A stretch of 64,000 bases of DNA from Chlorobiota bacterium. GTDB taxonomy: Bacteria; Bacteroidota; Ignavibacteria; OLB7. This document shows, piece after piece, positions 19,661-30,429 of this stretch (position 1 is the first letter of the stretch; each line of letters opens with the position of its first letter). Where the stretch lies: positions 31,808 through 95,807 of the forward strand of contig JAGWAZ010000018.1 in assembly GCA_021296135.1 (NCBI GenBank), given 5' to 3'. Position numbers and translations under genes: made by a program. The notes under the pieces are model-generated. The model did not search any database. It had not been told where the DNA came from and saw only the letters and a list, made by a program, of their open reading frames with translations.

Positions 19661-20836
19661 CTACGAACTATCCTCGGGAACATACGAACGAACGAATTCC
19701 CGTGTTCGTTTATCAGTATCGAAGATATCCTGCAACGACGGGTAATCGACGATCGGAATATTCTCGAGCCCTTCTGTTATCAATCGTGGAATGTCAGTGA
19801 AACCAATCCTTTTTTCCAGAAATGCGCTCACTGCAATTTCGTTAGCAGCATTTAAAATCGTTGGGGCCGTTCCATCACGTTCCAGCGATTCATAAGCAAG
19901 ACCGAGGCATGGAAATCGGCTCATATCAGGTTTCTCGAAGTTGAGAGAACCGACCGCCGCCAGATCAAGTTGCTCAAACTCTCCTGCAATTCGCTCCGGC
20001 CAGCCTAGGGCATAACGGATTGGCATACGCATGTCTGGCAAGCTCAGTTGCGCTTTGATCGACCCGTCCGTAAAAAGTACCATCGAATGAATAATTGACT
20101 CAGGGTGAACAACGACCGTGATCTTTTCAGCGTCGAGGTGAAACAATCGACTCGCTTCGATGACCTCCAGGCCTTTATTCATCATTGTTGCCGAGTCAAT
20201 CGTGATCTTCGCTCCCATCTCCCAGTTCGGATGCTTCAATGCACGCTCAGGGGTGATCTGGTCGAACTCTTCGATCGGTTTCTGCCGAAACGGGCCGCCA
20301 GATGCTGTCAGAATAATCTTTGTTAGCGAAGAGATCTCTTCTCCTACCAATGACTGGAAAACAGCGCTATGTTCGCTATCGACAGGGAGAAGTGTTGCCT
20401 TGCTTTCAGCTATTGCTTTGTTGATGAGATGACCGGCAACAACAAGGGTCTCCTTGTTTGCCAGCGCAATCTGTTTGCCGGCACGGGCTGCTTCAATTGT
20501 TGGACGCAGACCGGCAAAGCCGACCATGGCGCTCATAACGATGTCAACCTCATCCTTTGTCACGACATCAACACAGGCATCCTCACCGCAGAGCACAGTA
20601 GTCTGGTTCCCAAAGCGTCTGCTGCCTTCTTCTGCTGCCTGTTCGTTCTGTATAACGACTGCCTCCGGCTCAAACTCATTGATCTGTCTTTCCAGAAGAT
20701 CAACGTTCCGATTCGTTGTCAGAGATCGGACGCAAAATCGATCTCGGTGTTTCCGGACAACATCAAGTGTTTGCGTTCCAATAGAACCGGTCGATCCAAG
20801 TATGGCAAGAGACGAATTCAAACTTGTTCTCGGCAA
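19661..20836 (-). CDS. dxr: 1-deoxy-D-xylulose-5-phosphate reductoisomerase
   Basis: LAILGSTGSIGTQTLDVV NADPH-binding motif and conserved Dxr core; conserved dxr-rseP synteny. Confidence 0.9.
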   Translation of the reverse strand: MPRTSLNSSLAILGSTGSIGTQTLDVVRKHRDRFCVRSLTTNRNVDLLERQINEFEPEAVVIQNEQAAEEGSRRFGNQTTVLCGEDACVDVVTKDEVDIVMSAMVGFAGLRPTIEAARAGKQIALANKETLVVAGHLINKAIAESKATLLPVDSEHSAVFQSLVGEEISSLTKIILTASGGPFRQKPIEEFDQITPERALKHPNWEMGAKITIDSATMMNKGLEVIEASRLFHLDAEKITVVVHPESIIHSMVLFTDGSIKAQLSLPDMRMPIRYALGWPERIAGEFEQLDLAAVGSLNFEKPDMSRFPCLGLAYESLERDGTAPTILNAANEIAVSAFLEKRIGFTDIPRLITEGLENIPIVDYPSLQDIFDTDKRTREFVRSYVPEDSS

Positions 20837-20874
20837 TAGTTTCGCTGTTCAAAAAGTGAAATGGCATGATCCCT

Positions 20875-23451
20875 TTACTTCGGCATGTACTCTTGGGTAA
20901 TATCTTCCTGTCGTCGAACTGAGAAGAAGCGGAAAATCTCCATATCGAGCGGTTCATCCGGAACAACCTTGATGCGAACAAAATATTTGAGCATCAGTTT
21001 TGTCAGTCGGCTCATGGTATCTCCTTCAGTCAAAAATTCGATGATGTGTGGGTTAGCGGTCAGAGTCAGGCGAAACTCTCGTGTTTCGGATCGAAATTTG
21101 GCCAGCCAGCCTTCGATACGGCGAAGGATTGTGCTCTTTGACTGAACGATGCCTTTGCCATTACATGTTGGACATGGCTCGGACATCGTCTGTACGAGTT
21201 GCTGGCGTACCCGCTGACGAGTCATCTGAATGATACCGAACTGTGTCATCGGGAGGGCTACAGACTTTGCACGATCACGACTCAGTTCCTTCTTTAACTC
21301 GTCATAGACTTTCTTCCGGTTTTTTTCATCGTAGAGATCGATGAAGTCAATGACAATCAAACCACCGATGTCGCGCAATCGTATCTGTCTGGCAATCTCC
21401 CGGGCCGACTCGAGGTTGATCTTCAAAGCGTTCAGTTCCTGTTCTTTCTCTTTTGCATAGCGACCGGAGTTGACGTCAATAACCATCATCGCCTCGGTCT
21501 GCTCAAGAATGATGTAACCACCGGTAGAGAGCCAGACTTTGGAGGCAAACATCTTGTCAAGCTCTTTTTCGATACCAAAGGCCTGAAAGATTGGTGCGCG
21601 TTCTCCATAGTGTTCAATCTTGTCGATGAGGGGGGGGGCTGCCCAGGTAACGTAATCGCGAATCTCCTGATAGAGCCCTTTATTGTCGATGACGACACGT
21701 GAGATATCCGGGGTAAACAGATCACGCATGACTGTGTTTGTGACCGATTGATCTTTGTACAGGAGCATCGGTGCCTTTGCATTTTTCAAACGTTCGTCAA
21801 CAGCTTTCCATCGGTCAAGAAGCATCTGGAGTTCCTGCTCGAGCATTTCGGAATCCTTATCCTGCGCAACTGTTCTGATGATGCAACCGAATCCTTCCGG
21901 CAACATCTTTCGTGCAATGCCTCGCAAGCGTCTGCGTTCCTTTGAGTCCTGCACTTTTCTCGATATACCAACTCCCGGATCATGCGGCATCAGCACAAGA
22001 AAACGACCTGGAAGAGCAATTTTGGTTGAAATCTTTACTCCCTTTGTTGCGTAGGATTCACGGGTCACCTGAGTCAAAATTTCTTGTCCCTTTTCCAGCG
22101 ATATGGTGATCTCGCCGAAGCGTTTTGTCTGAAAGGTTGGAAGCTGAGCATCCATTCTGCGCGAACGCTTAGGTTTGTCGTTCGATGTATCCCGGGTTTT
22201 TTTTGTTGAACTGTTCCTTCGGCTACTACGTCGACGTGTGGAAGTGCTGCGGGAAGATGTTGAAGATGCTTTTTTATTCGATTGCTGTTCAGTCCCTCCT
22301 TCTATTGCAGTAGTGGCGTTTGATCCGTGGCCACTACTGTCATCGCTATTCTTCCTCTTCGCCTCATTTTGACTCTCACTCCTCTTCAATTTTTGTCTGC
22401 TACTCCGGGTCTTTGGAGCGGGTCTTTCTGATTTTACATCCTTTGTTTCCTTGTCCTCTTTCTCTTCTTTCGGTTGCCTGGAAGATTTTGAGGTCCCCCC
22501 CGATCGTGAACGTCGGGACTTCGATTCTTCCTGTTTATTCTTGGTAGTAACGCCGATTGTCTCGGTCTCTTGAGAGGATTGCTCTCCAGACTTCCTGCGA
22601 GAGCTTCGGAGAGATCGCTGTGAACGTTCCCTTGAACTCTCTCTTCTCTTGCTTTGATCCCCTTCTTCCTTCTTCAGCAAGCCCTTTGTTGACTTCTCTT
22701 TTGGGGAAATGGTTTTCGACACAGCTTCACTCTCGCGTTGGCGATTTCGGGAACCACCTCTTTGCTGACTTGAGCCGGACTTCTCTTCTGTTTTCGGTCT
22801 CTGAGGCTTGTCCGGGGTCTTATTCACCGTTGCTTCCTCAGTCTCTTTCCGTGCTGCCTCTTTTGGGATGTTCCGCTTAGGTCTTGGGCGCCGAGAACTG
22901 CTCTTCTTGGCTGGACTATCGTCGGTGGTTTTCTTCTCATCTTTCCTGGGATCGGACTTCGCTCTCTTCGATTGCTCCTCGTCTGCGCCCTGCCTATCTT
23001 CTCTCCCTTCCTTGGTTTTCTCTTTGGAGGAGGATCCCTTTAAGGCTTTCTTTTGAGCTGACGGTTTCTTTTCCGCCTTTCTCTCCTCTTCCTGTTTCTT
23101 TCTCTGCGACTTGCTCTTTGTGTCGCTTTTTTTTGTCTTTCTTTGCTGAACTACTTCATCCTCGTTCTCTTCATCCTCGTTCTCTTCATCCTCGTCGGTC
23201 AAGAGCTCTGAGAAATCTTCGCCTGCCTTTGCGGCATCGGAAAAGTGAAGGAAGGCATGTTGCTCAAGACCGATGTCAACGAAAGCAGCATTCATCCCCT
23301 GCACAACCCGTTCCACACGACCAAGGTATATGGAGCCTATATGTCGTTCTTTGTCGGGCAGTTCAAGGAAAAGCTCTGCCAGGCGTTCATCTTCGGTAAG
23401 AGCCACGCGAATCTCCGTGGAGGTCGCGTTGATGATAATCTCCTTTTTCAT
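20875..23451 (-). CDS. ribonuclease E/G family protein with ~340-aa low-complexity insertion in S1 domain
   Basis: N-terminal S1 (IYLGRVERVVQGMNAAFVDIG), DNase I-like/catalytic (ALPGRFLVLMPH), Zn-link region CPTCNGKG; long K/S/R/E-rich segment between. Confidence 0.8.
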   Translation of the reverse strand: MKKEIIINATSTEIRVALTEDERLAELFLELPDKERHIGSIYLGRVERVVQGMNAAFVDIGLEQHAFLHFSDAAKAGEDFSELLTDEDEENEDEENEDEVVQQRKTKKSDTKSKSQRKKQEEERKAEKKPSAQKKALKGSSSKEKTKEGREDRQGADEEQSKRAKSDPRKDEKKTTDDSPAKKSSSRRPRPKRNIPKEAARKETEEATVNKTPDKPQRPKTEEKSGSSQQRGGSRNRQRESEAVSKTISPKEKSTKGLLKKEEGDQSKRRESSRERSQRSLRSSRRKSGEQSSQETETIGVTTKNKQEESKSRRSRSGGTSKSSRQPKEEKEDKETKDVKSERPAPKTRSSRQKLKRSESQNEAKRKNSDDSSGHGSNATTAIEGGTEQQSNKKASSTSSRSTSTRRRSSRRNSSTKKTRDTSNDKPKRSRRMDAQLPTFQTKRFGEITISLEKGQEILTQVTRESYATKGVKISTKIALPGRFLVLMPHDPGVGISRKVQDSKERRRLRGIARKMLPEGFGCIIRTVAQDKDSEMLEQELQMLLDRWKAVDERLKNAKAPMLLYKDQSVTNTVMRDLFTPDISRVVIDNKGLYQEIRDYVTWAAPPLIDKIEHYGERAPIFQAFGIEKELDKMFASKVWLSTGGYIILEQTEAMMVIDVNSGRYAKEKEQELNALKINLESAREIARQIRLRDIGGLIVIDFIDLYDEKNRKKVYDELKKELSRDRAKSVALPMTQFGIIQMTRQRVRQQLVQTMSEPCPTCNGKGIVQSKSTILRRIEGWLAKFRSETREFRLTLTANPHIIEFLTEGDTMSRLTKLMLKYFVRIKVVPDEPLDMEIFRFFSVRRQEDITQEYMPK
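23157..23198. repeat. 15-bp tandem repeat (catcctcgttctctt x ~2.7) encoding EDEENEDEENEDE within RNase E/G insertion
   Basis: Read directly. Confidence 0.6.
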
Positions 23452-23790
23452 GTGCTACAAAATTGTATGAACTAACTCCAGCAGGAGGGGGAGAAATGGA
23501 GAGCTGTAAAAAGAAGCTATCGGCGGGCGGGAGAAATCGAATCCGACTGAGAGATTTCGACCAATGGATACAACTTTTCGGAGAAACGGGTGCTTTGGTA
23601 CTACTTATGACATCCGAGCGCAACCGTTTACGTTTATAATCCGCCTTGTCGCCCTGCGCCGTAAGGCGCCTTTTCCCTTCTACTCTCTCCCTGTTCATCC
23701 CGGCAAGCATTGTACGCTTTCCCCTGACGGAGATTGATTATAGAATAAAAAAGAGGTCAAGCGATACCACGTCGCTCCAAACCGTTACCG

Positions 23791-23821
<31 letters not shown>

Positions 23822-23996
23822 GAGCAAGGTTTGGTCGCGCGGAACTTGACCTCTAAAACCTTCTGAGTGTATAAATTCTTCAAAATGATGCGCATACTGA
23901 GCGCGAGTGAGAACAAATATAGCAAAGTAGAGGCAAGAAGAGTACCGGGGAACTGCTCCGGTTACAGAAGATCACGCCGGAAGGGCGAAATTTAGC

Positions 23997-26495
23997 TCAA
24001 AATTCAAATGTTCGTTCCAGGTCACGAAGCATTGAGGGGGTAAAACCGATTCTGAAGAAGATTCCCGTCCGCTGTGTTCGGGTCTGTTGCCATTCCAGAC
24101 TCATTTCCCAGTCATGCAGGTCCTTTACCAGACGGATAGTGGGGATATTGAAGCGTCCTTCAAGTACGTTGTATGATCCGCCGCTTGTAATTCGGGTTGT
24201 CGGCGTTAGTGAGAAGGAGATGTCAGGGTTGATCGTAAAGGTGGTAATTGCATCTCCGGTTGCCTGTGGAGTTATCGTATAGGTGCCACTCAGACCGATT
24301 TCCCACGGAATTCTGAACGTGTTGTTTCCCCGTACACGTTCACCATAAAAGGCCTCTCTATCGAATCCACTCCTATGTTCCACAAAGCGTTCTCGACGCG
24401 ACTCCACGGAATCACTTTGGGTGGCCAGAAAGGGGTTATCGTTAAAGCCCTGATCGCTGAACGATGTGCTGAATGTAAGCCTTGCACTTGTTACGCGAAC
24501 CCACGGGAATCCCATTCGCTGCGGGATACGCGTTCCAATTGAGTCAACGTGATACGGGTCAAGGGTGGCAGAGCCTGTAAAGTTGCCAACCCGACCAAGG
24601 GTGGTAAAGGCTGAAAGGCCAATTGTAGAGAAAGGAAAAAGGGAGTCCGCGAAATTGTACGATCCATCGAGTCTCAGATTCAGAAGGGTGATCTTTCTGT
24701 CCTCGAGTGTATCCCCCCGAGCGATTTTTGCCTCGAAGGAGTTTTCCAATTCCCATTTCAGCCTCCGTGTCTCTCCCTGGCTTGGCCTTTTAACGACGTC
24801 GTCACCAACAAAGATTGAGTAGCGCTCGATTCGATTTGTGAAAGGATTGAAGTACTCGTCGAAATATCCGAAGTCCGATTCGCTGAAGTCAGGACTATAA
24901 GTTATGCCAATAGTAGGACTCATTCTGTGACGAATGCCGTTTATTCCTAAGATTCGAGGCTGAACAATACCATACAGAGTTGTGCTTATGTCCGCGCTCG
25001 CACTGTACCAGAATGGAGTGTATAGCCCGTTAACAAATGCTGTGTCAATCTTGTCCCTGTCCGGTTGCAGAACAATGCGACGGAAAAAGATGGAAGAATT
25101 CAACGAAACAGAAGGGGTCAAGGTGAAGTATCCAAACTTCGGACTGAGTCGCACTGATGGACTGAGACCGATTCCCTGCTTCGTCGTACTCCTGAAGATG
25201 TCGGAAGTAATGGTATCTCTTCTGAACTCACGAACATATCTTGGCCTAACGCCAACCGAGAATGTGTTAAGTATCTCGGATTCATTTCGTGCAAAGGGGT
25301 ACCACGGCTGTGGATTCAGGTTGATAGTAAAGCCTTCCGGTTGAATCTCCCGGCTGACGATATTCTGAGTGCGACGATACTCAATCCCCCAGGGAAGCCG
25401 AAGACCAAACAGATCAGCAACTGACGTGATTGAGAAGTTTGATTGAATCTCCTGCGTGGTGATATCATCGATCCGATTCGGAATTTCAAAGCGGTTTGTC
25501 GTCGCCCGAATAGCATCTTCCGTTGCATATCTTAATGTCCCTCCCAGTTTCGTCTCTTTGAGTAAACGGTGTCCATGCCTGTATGTGAGCGTCCAGTTAT
25601 TCCCGAACGGTTCATCAATGTTATTCCGACTCCTGCCGTAGGTGACCGAGAGATCGCTTCGTTCAATCACACCGCGCAGACGAAAGCGCGTCCGGTTGTC
25701 GACATTGAAAAAGCCTTTGCTTGTGATGTCCGTCGTAAATCGAGTATCGAGGTAGTCGTTGATTGCCCAGAAGTAGCCAAGTCCGTTCAATTCTACTCCT
25801 CGCAGTTGGGATTGATTGAAGGAAGGGAGGATAATGCCGGACTGTCGTCCCCCACCGAGTGCAAAAAAAACGCTAATTGGAAGAGCGATCACCGGAACGT
25901 CTTCGATAGACAGTTTGAGCTGATCGGCATAAATTTTCTCATCAATGATCAACTTCGATTTCGATGCTTTGAAATAAAAGTGAGGATGAGGGGCGTCACA
26001 GGTGGTGAACAGGAGGTTCTCTCCAAAGACTGTGTTCTCCGAGACACGTTTGAACCGGTCAACATGGATGAAACCATCCTCTATAGCAATTTCAGCCTCT
26101 GAACTGACACCTCGCCCAGTCTCGAAGTTATACGTCATCGTCAACGCTGAAAGTTCTTCTCCGGCGTAGTTCAGCAACGGAACACCAACATGCTTCCCAG
26201 TGGCAGAGTCAAGGCGTGCCCTTGCGTATACTTCTTTTGTGTCCAGATCAAATTCAATGTATGCAGCCTGAAGTTTATCCTCTTCCTGCGTAACAATGGC
26301 GTTGTTGTAGAGATAGACCTTCTTCCCGTCAATGGAAAAGATGATGCTGTCCGCATCGAACGTTACCCTCTTGTCAAATCCTGACCCACCGGTGCTGACG
26401 TTGATAGAGTCAATGCCGAGCGTATCGACGACCGGAGCCTCTGTCGCATCCTGAGCAAATGTTGGCAGTATGGCAAGGGAGAACAGAGAGAGCAT
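23997..26495 (-). CDS. lptD: LPS-assembly protein LptD homologue (OstA-like N-terminal domain + large beta-barrel)
   Basis: Signal peptide MLSLFSLAILPTFAQ; OstA_N-like region (DSIIFSIDGKKVYLYNNAIVTQEEDKLQAAYIEFDLDTKEVYARA); ~830 aa; C-terminal F. Track ORF extends upstream to 26657. Confidence 0.6.
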   Translation of the reverse strand: MLSLFSLAILPTFAQDATEAPVVDTLGIDSINVSTGGSGFDKRVTFDADSIIFSIDGKKVYLYNNAIVTQEEDKLQAAYIEFDLDTKEVYARARLDSATGKHVGVPLLNYAGEELSALTMTYNFETGRGVSSEAEIAIEDGFIHVDRFKRVSENTVFGENLLFTTCDAPHPHFYFKASKSKLIIDEKIYADQLKLSIEDVPVIALPISVFFALGGGRQSGIILPSFNQSQLRGVELNGLGYFWAINDYLDTRFTTDITSKGFFNVDNRTRFRLRGVIERSDLSVTYGRSRNNIDEPFGNNWTLTYRHGHRLLKETKLGGTLRYATEDAIRATTNRFEIPNRIDDITTQEIQSNFSITSVADLFGLRLPWGIEYRRTQNIVSREIQPEGFTINLNPQPWYPFARNESEILNTFSVGVRPRYVREFRRDTITSDIFRSTTKQGIGLSPSVRLSPKFGYFTLTPSVSLNSSIFFRRIVLQPDRDKIDTAFVNGLYTPFWYSASADISTTLYGIVQPRILGINGIRHRMSPTIGITYSPDFSESDFGYFDEYFNPFTNRIERYSIFVGDDVVKRPSQGETRRLKWELENSFEAKIARGDTLEDRKITLLNLRLDGSYNFADSLFPFSTIGLSAFTTLGRVGNFTGSATLDPYHVDSIGTRIPQRMGFPWVRVTSARLTFSTSFSDQGFNDNPFLATQSDSVESRRERFVEHRSGFDREAFYGERVRGNNTFRIPWEIGLSGTYTITPQATGDAITTFTINPDISFSLTPTTRITSGGSYNVLEGRFNIPTIRLVKDLHDWEMSLEWQQTRTQRTGIFFRIGFTPSMLRDLERTFEF

Positions 26496-26692
26496 GACAA
26501 GGAGAAGAAGGAAAGGGGAATGACAAGAGGCGACTTGGAGGAGCACACGGTGTGCGCCATACTGGTTCTGTTGTCGTTGAATACAACTCCGATCTTCCGA
26601 CCGGATCAGTGAGAAGACAAGGGATGATAAATATGATTTCCAGGCAGTGAATCTCATAGCTTTTGTTAAAACTTCCCCGCTACGAATTTCTG

Positions 26693-27472
26693 CTACAATG
26701 TCTCTCGGTTCATATTGCTCGGAACGTCGATTGTAAGCCGCTCATCTTCAGCAATCCCACCCCTGATCTTGTCTACCGTTACAGTCATCCTCATGTCATT
26801 GTCGTTTATCTCAATGCGTGCTTCCTCTGGGAACTTTCTATCGCCAACCTTCTTGAAAAACTTGTCGTAGATGACGAGCAGATCAGTATAAGTCCTGTCG
26901 CCAACGGTTCTTCTCTTGCTGTACTCAATGATGACCAGCTTTTCCGGATCAATCGTAAACGATTCTACTATATCACCCTGCGGAATGGTATAAATGATCT
27001 TACCATTCTCTTGTTCAACACTCATCGTTCCTGCATCCATCTCTTCTTTTGTTGGAATGTGGGGAACTTCGCACCGCATCAGCGAGATGATCTCTTGATA
27101 GTTGAGCTGCAGCGATGATGCGCGTTGAAGGGTTTCCCGATCCGGTTTCCCTTCGTAGGCGATTCCATCCTGAAAGTTCAAAAAGAGAAAATGTTCGGGG
27201 GTTGCGGCCAGGGCGCCGACTGCAACACCGAATGGACCGTTCATGACAATTTTCAGAGAATCATATCCCTTGACCAGAGCCTCGTACCAGATGGTAACCG
27301 GGGCTAACGAGACTTTCATGGTTCCTTTGATAGTGAGGTCTTGTGTTTGTCGATAACTCCCCTCAATGTTTGAAAGAACTGCATCGGCATCATGAACGAT
27401 TCCCTTTGATCCACCACACGATGCAAGCAATACCGATAGAACTAATAGCGATACAGGCAGGGTATTCTTCAT
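26693..27472 (-). CDS. outer-membrane lipoprotein (LolB/DUF4292-like), 259 aa
   Basis: Lipoprotein signal LLASCGGS; size and context (upstream TPR ORF, near lptD) match Bacteroidota DUF4292 lipoproteins. Confidence 0.45.
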   Translation of the reverse strand: MKNTLPVSLLVLSVLLASCGGSKGIVHDADAVLSNIEGSYRQTQDLTIKGTMKVSLAPVTIWYEALVKGYDSLKIVMNGPFGVAVGALAATPEHFLFLNFQDGIAYEGKPDRETLQRASSLQLNYQEIISLMRCEVPHIPTKEEMDAGTMSVEQENGKIIYTIPQGDIVESFTIDPEKLVIIEYSKRRTVGDRTYTDLLVIYDKFFKKVGDRKFPEEARIEINDNDMRMTVTVDKIRGGIAEDERLTIDVPSNMNRETL

Positions 27473-27549
27473 TCTTTTTCAACATCAAGTTTGCTCTGAA
27501 TTCGATTGCTCTCTTCTTCAGTTCCAGTACTTAGATCAAGGGCTTGGGT

Positions 27550-27849
27550 TCATGCTGCCCTGGCAGTCTCCTTCTGCTCAAGGGCAAAATGGCTATTACC
27601 CAGTAACTCCAAACGATCCACCGTAGCTCCGCCTGCATCAACCACTTTCTGAAGATACGATGCTGCGGAACGATAGTCTCCACTTTGATAGTCAAGCAGA
27701 CCTTGTGTTGTGAGAAATATCTCGTTTTCCGGCTCAAAGCCCAGCGCTCGATCGATCAGTTGAGCTGACACGAAAGCATTCGATGCAAATCCGAACCGGT
27801 TCCGATTTTTGTAGCTTGCGTCAACATAACGGAAAAGCTTGATCAACAA
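27550..27849 (-). CDS. short TPR-repeat protein or remnant (99 aa, TTG start abutting prfA start)
   Basis: TPR-like helices ([21 protein letters not shown]). Its start is 7 nt from the divergent prfA start codon, so a promoter would have to lie inside prfA. Confidence 0.25.
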   Translation of the reverse strand: MLIKLFRYVDASYKNRNRFGFASNAFVSAQLIDRALGFEPENEIFLTTQGLLDYQSGDYRSAASYLQKVVDAGGATVDRLELLGNSHFALEQKETARAA

Positions 27850-27855
27850 AAGGAA

Positions 27856-28938
27856 ATGTTGCTCGATAAACTACAGGAAATACACAAGCGTTACGTTGCT
27901 GTCGAGCAGAGTCTGGCCAATCCAGATGTTGTAAACAACATGAAAGCGTATCGTTATGCGATGCGTGAACAGAGCCGACTTGCTCCGATTGAGGAGGCAT
28001 TTCAGGAATATGTACAGTTGATTGAAGAGATTGAAGGTGCGGAAGATCTGATTGAGTCGGCAGGTGACCCGGAGATGCGTCAGCTTGCTCGGGCTGAACT
28101 GGATGATCTCGAATTACGAAGAGAGAGTGTGGAGGAGAGAGTACGCTATCTGCTGATTCCGACTAATCCGGACGATTCAAAGAACTGTATTGTTGAGATC
28201 AGGGCCGGAACAGGAGGGGAGGAGGCTGCTCTTTTTGCAGGTGATCTCCATCGGATGTATACTCGCTACGCCGAAAACAAGAGGTGGAAGGCGGAGATGA
28301 TCGACTTTAACGAGTCTGGTATGGGAGGATTCAAGGAAATTGTCTTTCAACTTTCCGGAGAAGGTGCCTTTGGTGCGATGAAGTTTGAATCGGGTGTTCA
28401 CAGGGTTCAGCGTGTGCCGGAAACCGAAACTCAGGGGCGCATCCATACTTCTGCTGCTACAGTAGCAGTTCTGCCGGAGGCAGAAGAGGTTGATGTTGAG
28501 GTCAATCTGGCTGATATTGAAATGGATACGTTCCGTTCGGGCGGCAAGGGAGGACAAAATGTTAACAAGGTGGAAACCGCTGTTCGACTTACTCATAAGC
28601 CGACCGGGATTTCTGTTGCATGTCAGCAGGAAAGGTCACAGTTACAGAACCGAGAGCAAGCCATGAGAATGCTTCGTGCAAGGCTCTATGAGATCGAACG
28701 TGAAAAACAAGAGAGTGCGCAGGCCGCTCAACGGAAGTCGATGGTAGGGAGTGGAGACCGGTCGGACAAGATTCGGACCTATAACTGGCCTCAGAATCGC
28801 GTAACGGATCATCGACTTGAGGGTGATGTAAAGAACTATGCGTTGCAAGAAATTGTTGATGGTAATCTCGATCCGGTGATTGAGGCGTTGAAACTGGCCG
28901 ATCGGACCGAGAAACTGAAAGCCGGAGGAACGCTTTGA
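27856..28938 (+). CDS. prfA: peptide chain release factor 1
   Basis: GGQ motif [25 protein letters not shown] and PxT-region; 360 aa. Confidence 0.9.
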   Translation: MLLDKLQEIHKRYVAVEQSLANPDVVNNMKAYRYAMREQSRLAPIEEAFQEYVQLIEEIEGAEDLIESAGDPEMRQLARAELDDLELRRESVEERVRYLLIPTNPDDSKNCIVEIRAGTGGEEAALFAGDLHRMYTRYAENKRWKAEMIDFNESGMGGFKEIVFQLSGEGAFGAMKFESGVHRVQRVPETETQGRIHTSAATVAVLPEAEEVDVEVNLADIEMDTFRSGGKGGQNVNKVETAVRLTHKPTGISVACQQERSQLQNREQAMRMLRARLYEIEREKQESAQAAQRKSMVGSGDRSDKIRTYNWPQNRVTDHRLEGDVKNYALQEIVDGNLDPVIEALKLADRTEKLKAGGTL

Positions 28939-29065
28939 TTCTCAGACGACGAGTTCCGAATGTTGAGTGTTGTCAGAAATCTGATCGGAACGTTGTTTGG
29001 AGCTCGAAAGAACGATGATTGTATGACTCAAATCCGTTATGCTCTGTTCCGACATCTGGCTATCT

Positions 29066-30262
29066 ATGAATTGTGTTTCAAGACTTCGTCTATCGCGAGG
29101 GGTGCTTGTCTCTGCTCTCCTTGTTCTCTGCTCTTGCGTATCCGCCGAAGAACGAGCTCGCGATGCTGCGCGAGAGAAGGCAGCTGCGCGACTTACAGTT
29201 GCACGCATCTATGCAGACAGTCTGCGTGTGCTGGATTCGATACGTGCGGCCAGACTTCAGGCTGCTGAAGAGGAATTCTCTGCTGTTACCTACAGGACTG
29301 TGCATATTGCAAACCGGGCGGTTCTCGATTCGATCCGTAAGGCGTTTGATTATGGCAAGTTAAAGTCGGAGCGGTATAAGACCTTTGTTACTATGAATCG
29401 TCGTGTCTTTGGGAGCGTGAGAATTGGTGATACAGTTGTTGTGCCGGACAAGATCGTCGACGATGTGCGTGCCTATTCGGTTTTTCCGCAACTTTGGATT
29501 GAGGCAGAGGAGATACCGAAGTTGATTGTAATCTCAAATGCTCAACAGTCGTATGCCTGCTATGAAAACGGGAAACAGGTGCGCTTTGCCGCCTGCAACA
29601 CCGGTACGGAGAGCAAGCCGACGCTTCCGGGTCGTTACGCAATTAACTGGAAGGAACGCTTGCGCATATCATCCCTAAATGAGAACTGGAAACTTCCGTT
29701 CAATCTCAACTTTCATCTCTTTGCGGGGAATGCTTTCCATCAATACTACATGCCGGGCCGGCCAGCCTCGCATTCGTGTATCCGTCAGTTCATCGATGAT
29801 GCGAAGTGGCTTTTCGAGTGGGCACAGGTCGGGACAAGGAATAGGGGTGGTCGCGTCATCAGATTTACCGGCACTCCCGTTATCATTATAGATATGTTCG
29901 ATTATGCCCGGCCAAAGTTTGGTCCCTGGCTTGATCTGAAAGGCAATCGTGATGAAAAGCTGGAGTTGCCCGAAGATCCGATGGGAGTTGAAGAGGCATT
30001 GATCCCGATCTCACAAATTCCTCCCTCTATTCGTGGCTTATTACCGGATCGACATAGATACAAACACGCAGAGGATACTCTTCGGGCGCGGGGTGTTATT
30101 CGTAAGGAGGCGCGTCTTGCTCCCTCTATTGAATATACCCGTCTGAAACGTGAGCGGGAGCGAAGACGGCAACAAGAACAGAATGCGGAGGAGACGAATG
30201 AGAGTCAGCCTGCGCCGTCAACTCCGGCTCCAAGCACTCCACCTTCAGCCACTGAAGAATAA
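29066..30262 (+). CDS. L,D-transpeptidase family lipoprotein (YkuD domain) with Pro/Ser/Thr-rich C-terminal tail
   Basis: Catalytic region HLFAGNAFHQYYMPGRPASHSCIR (H...SHxC); lipobox LVLCSC; start chosen at MNCVSRL. Confidence 0.7.
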   Translation: MNCVSRLRLSRGVLVSALLVLCSCVSAEERARDAAREKAAARLTVARIYADSLRVLDSIRAARLQAAEEEFSAVTYRTVHIANRAVLDSIRKAFDYGKLKSERYKTFVTMNRRVFGSVRIGDTVVVPDKIVDDVRAYSVFPQLWIEAEEIPKLIVISNAQQSYACYENGKQVRFAACNTGTESKPTLPGRYAINWKERLRISSLNENWKLPFNLNFHLFAGNAFHQYYMPGRPASHSCIRQFIDDAKWLFEWAQVGTRNRGGRVIRFTGTPVIIIDMFDYARPKFGPWLDLKGNRDEKLELPEDPMGVEEALIPISQIPPSIRGLLPDRHRYKHAEDTLRARGVIRKEARLAPSIEYTRLKRERERRRQQEQNAEETNESQPAPSTPAPSTPPSATEE

Positions 30263-30429
30263 GGAGGGTTGTGAGTTAAGGGTCAAGGATCAGAAGCCAA
30301 GGGGTAAAAGGATTCCAGGCTTTCAGCATTAGTGGATCCGGGTAGCATCAGATTGCATGTATGAAGCAATGTAAGGCCTCTGACTACCCCCGACTCTTGG
30401 ACTCTCAACTCTTCGACTCCTTACTCTTC

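Noticed and set aside
22175-23399. Multiple 65-170-aa + strand ORFs
   Set aside because: Antisense to the low-complexity insertion of the RNase E/G gene; repetitive Ser/Leu/Phe composition is a mirror artefact
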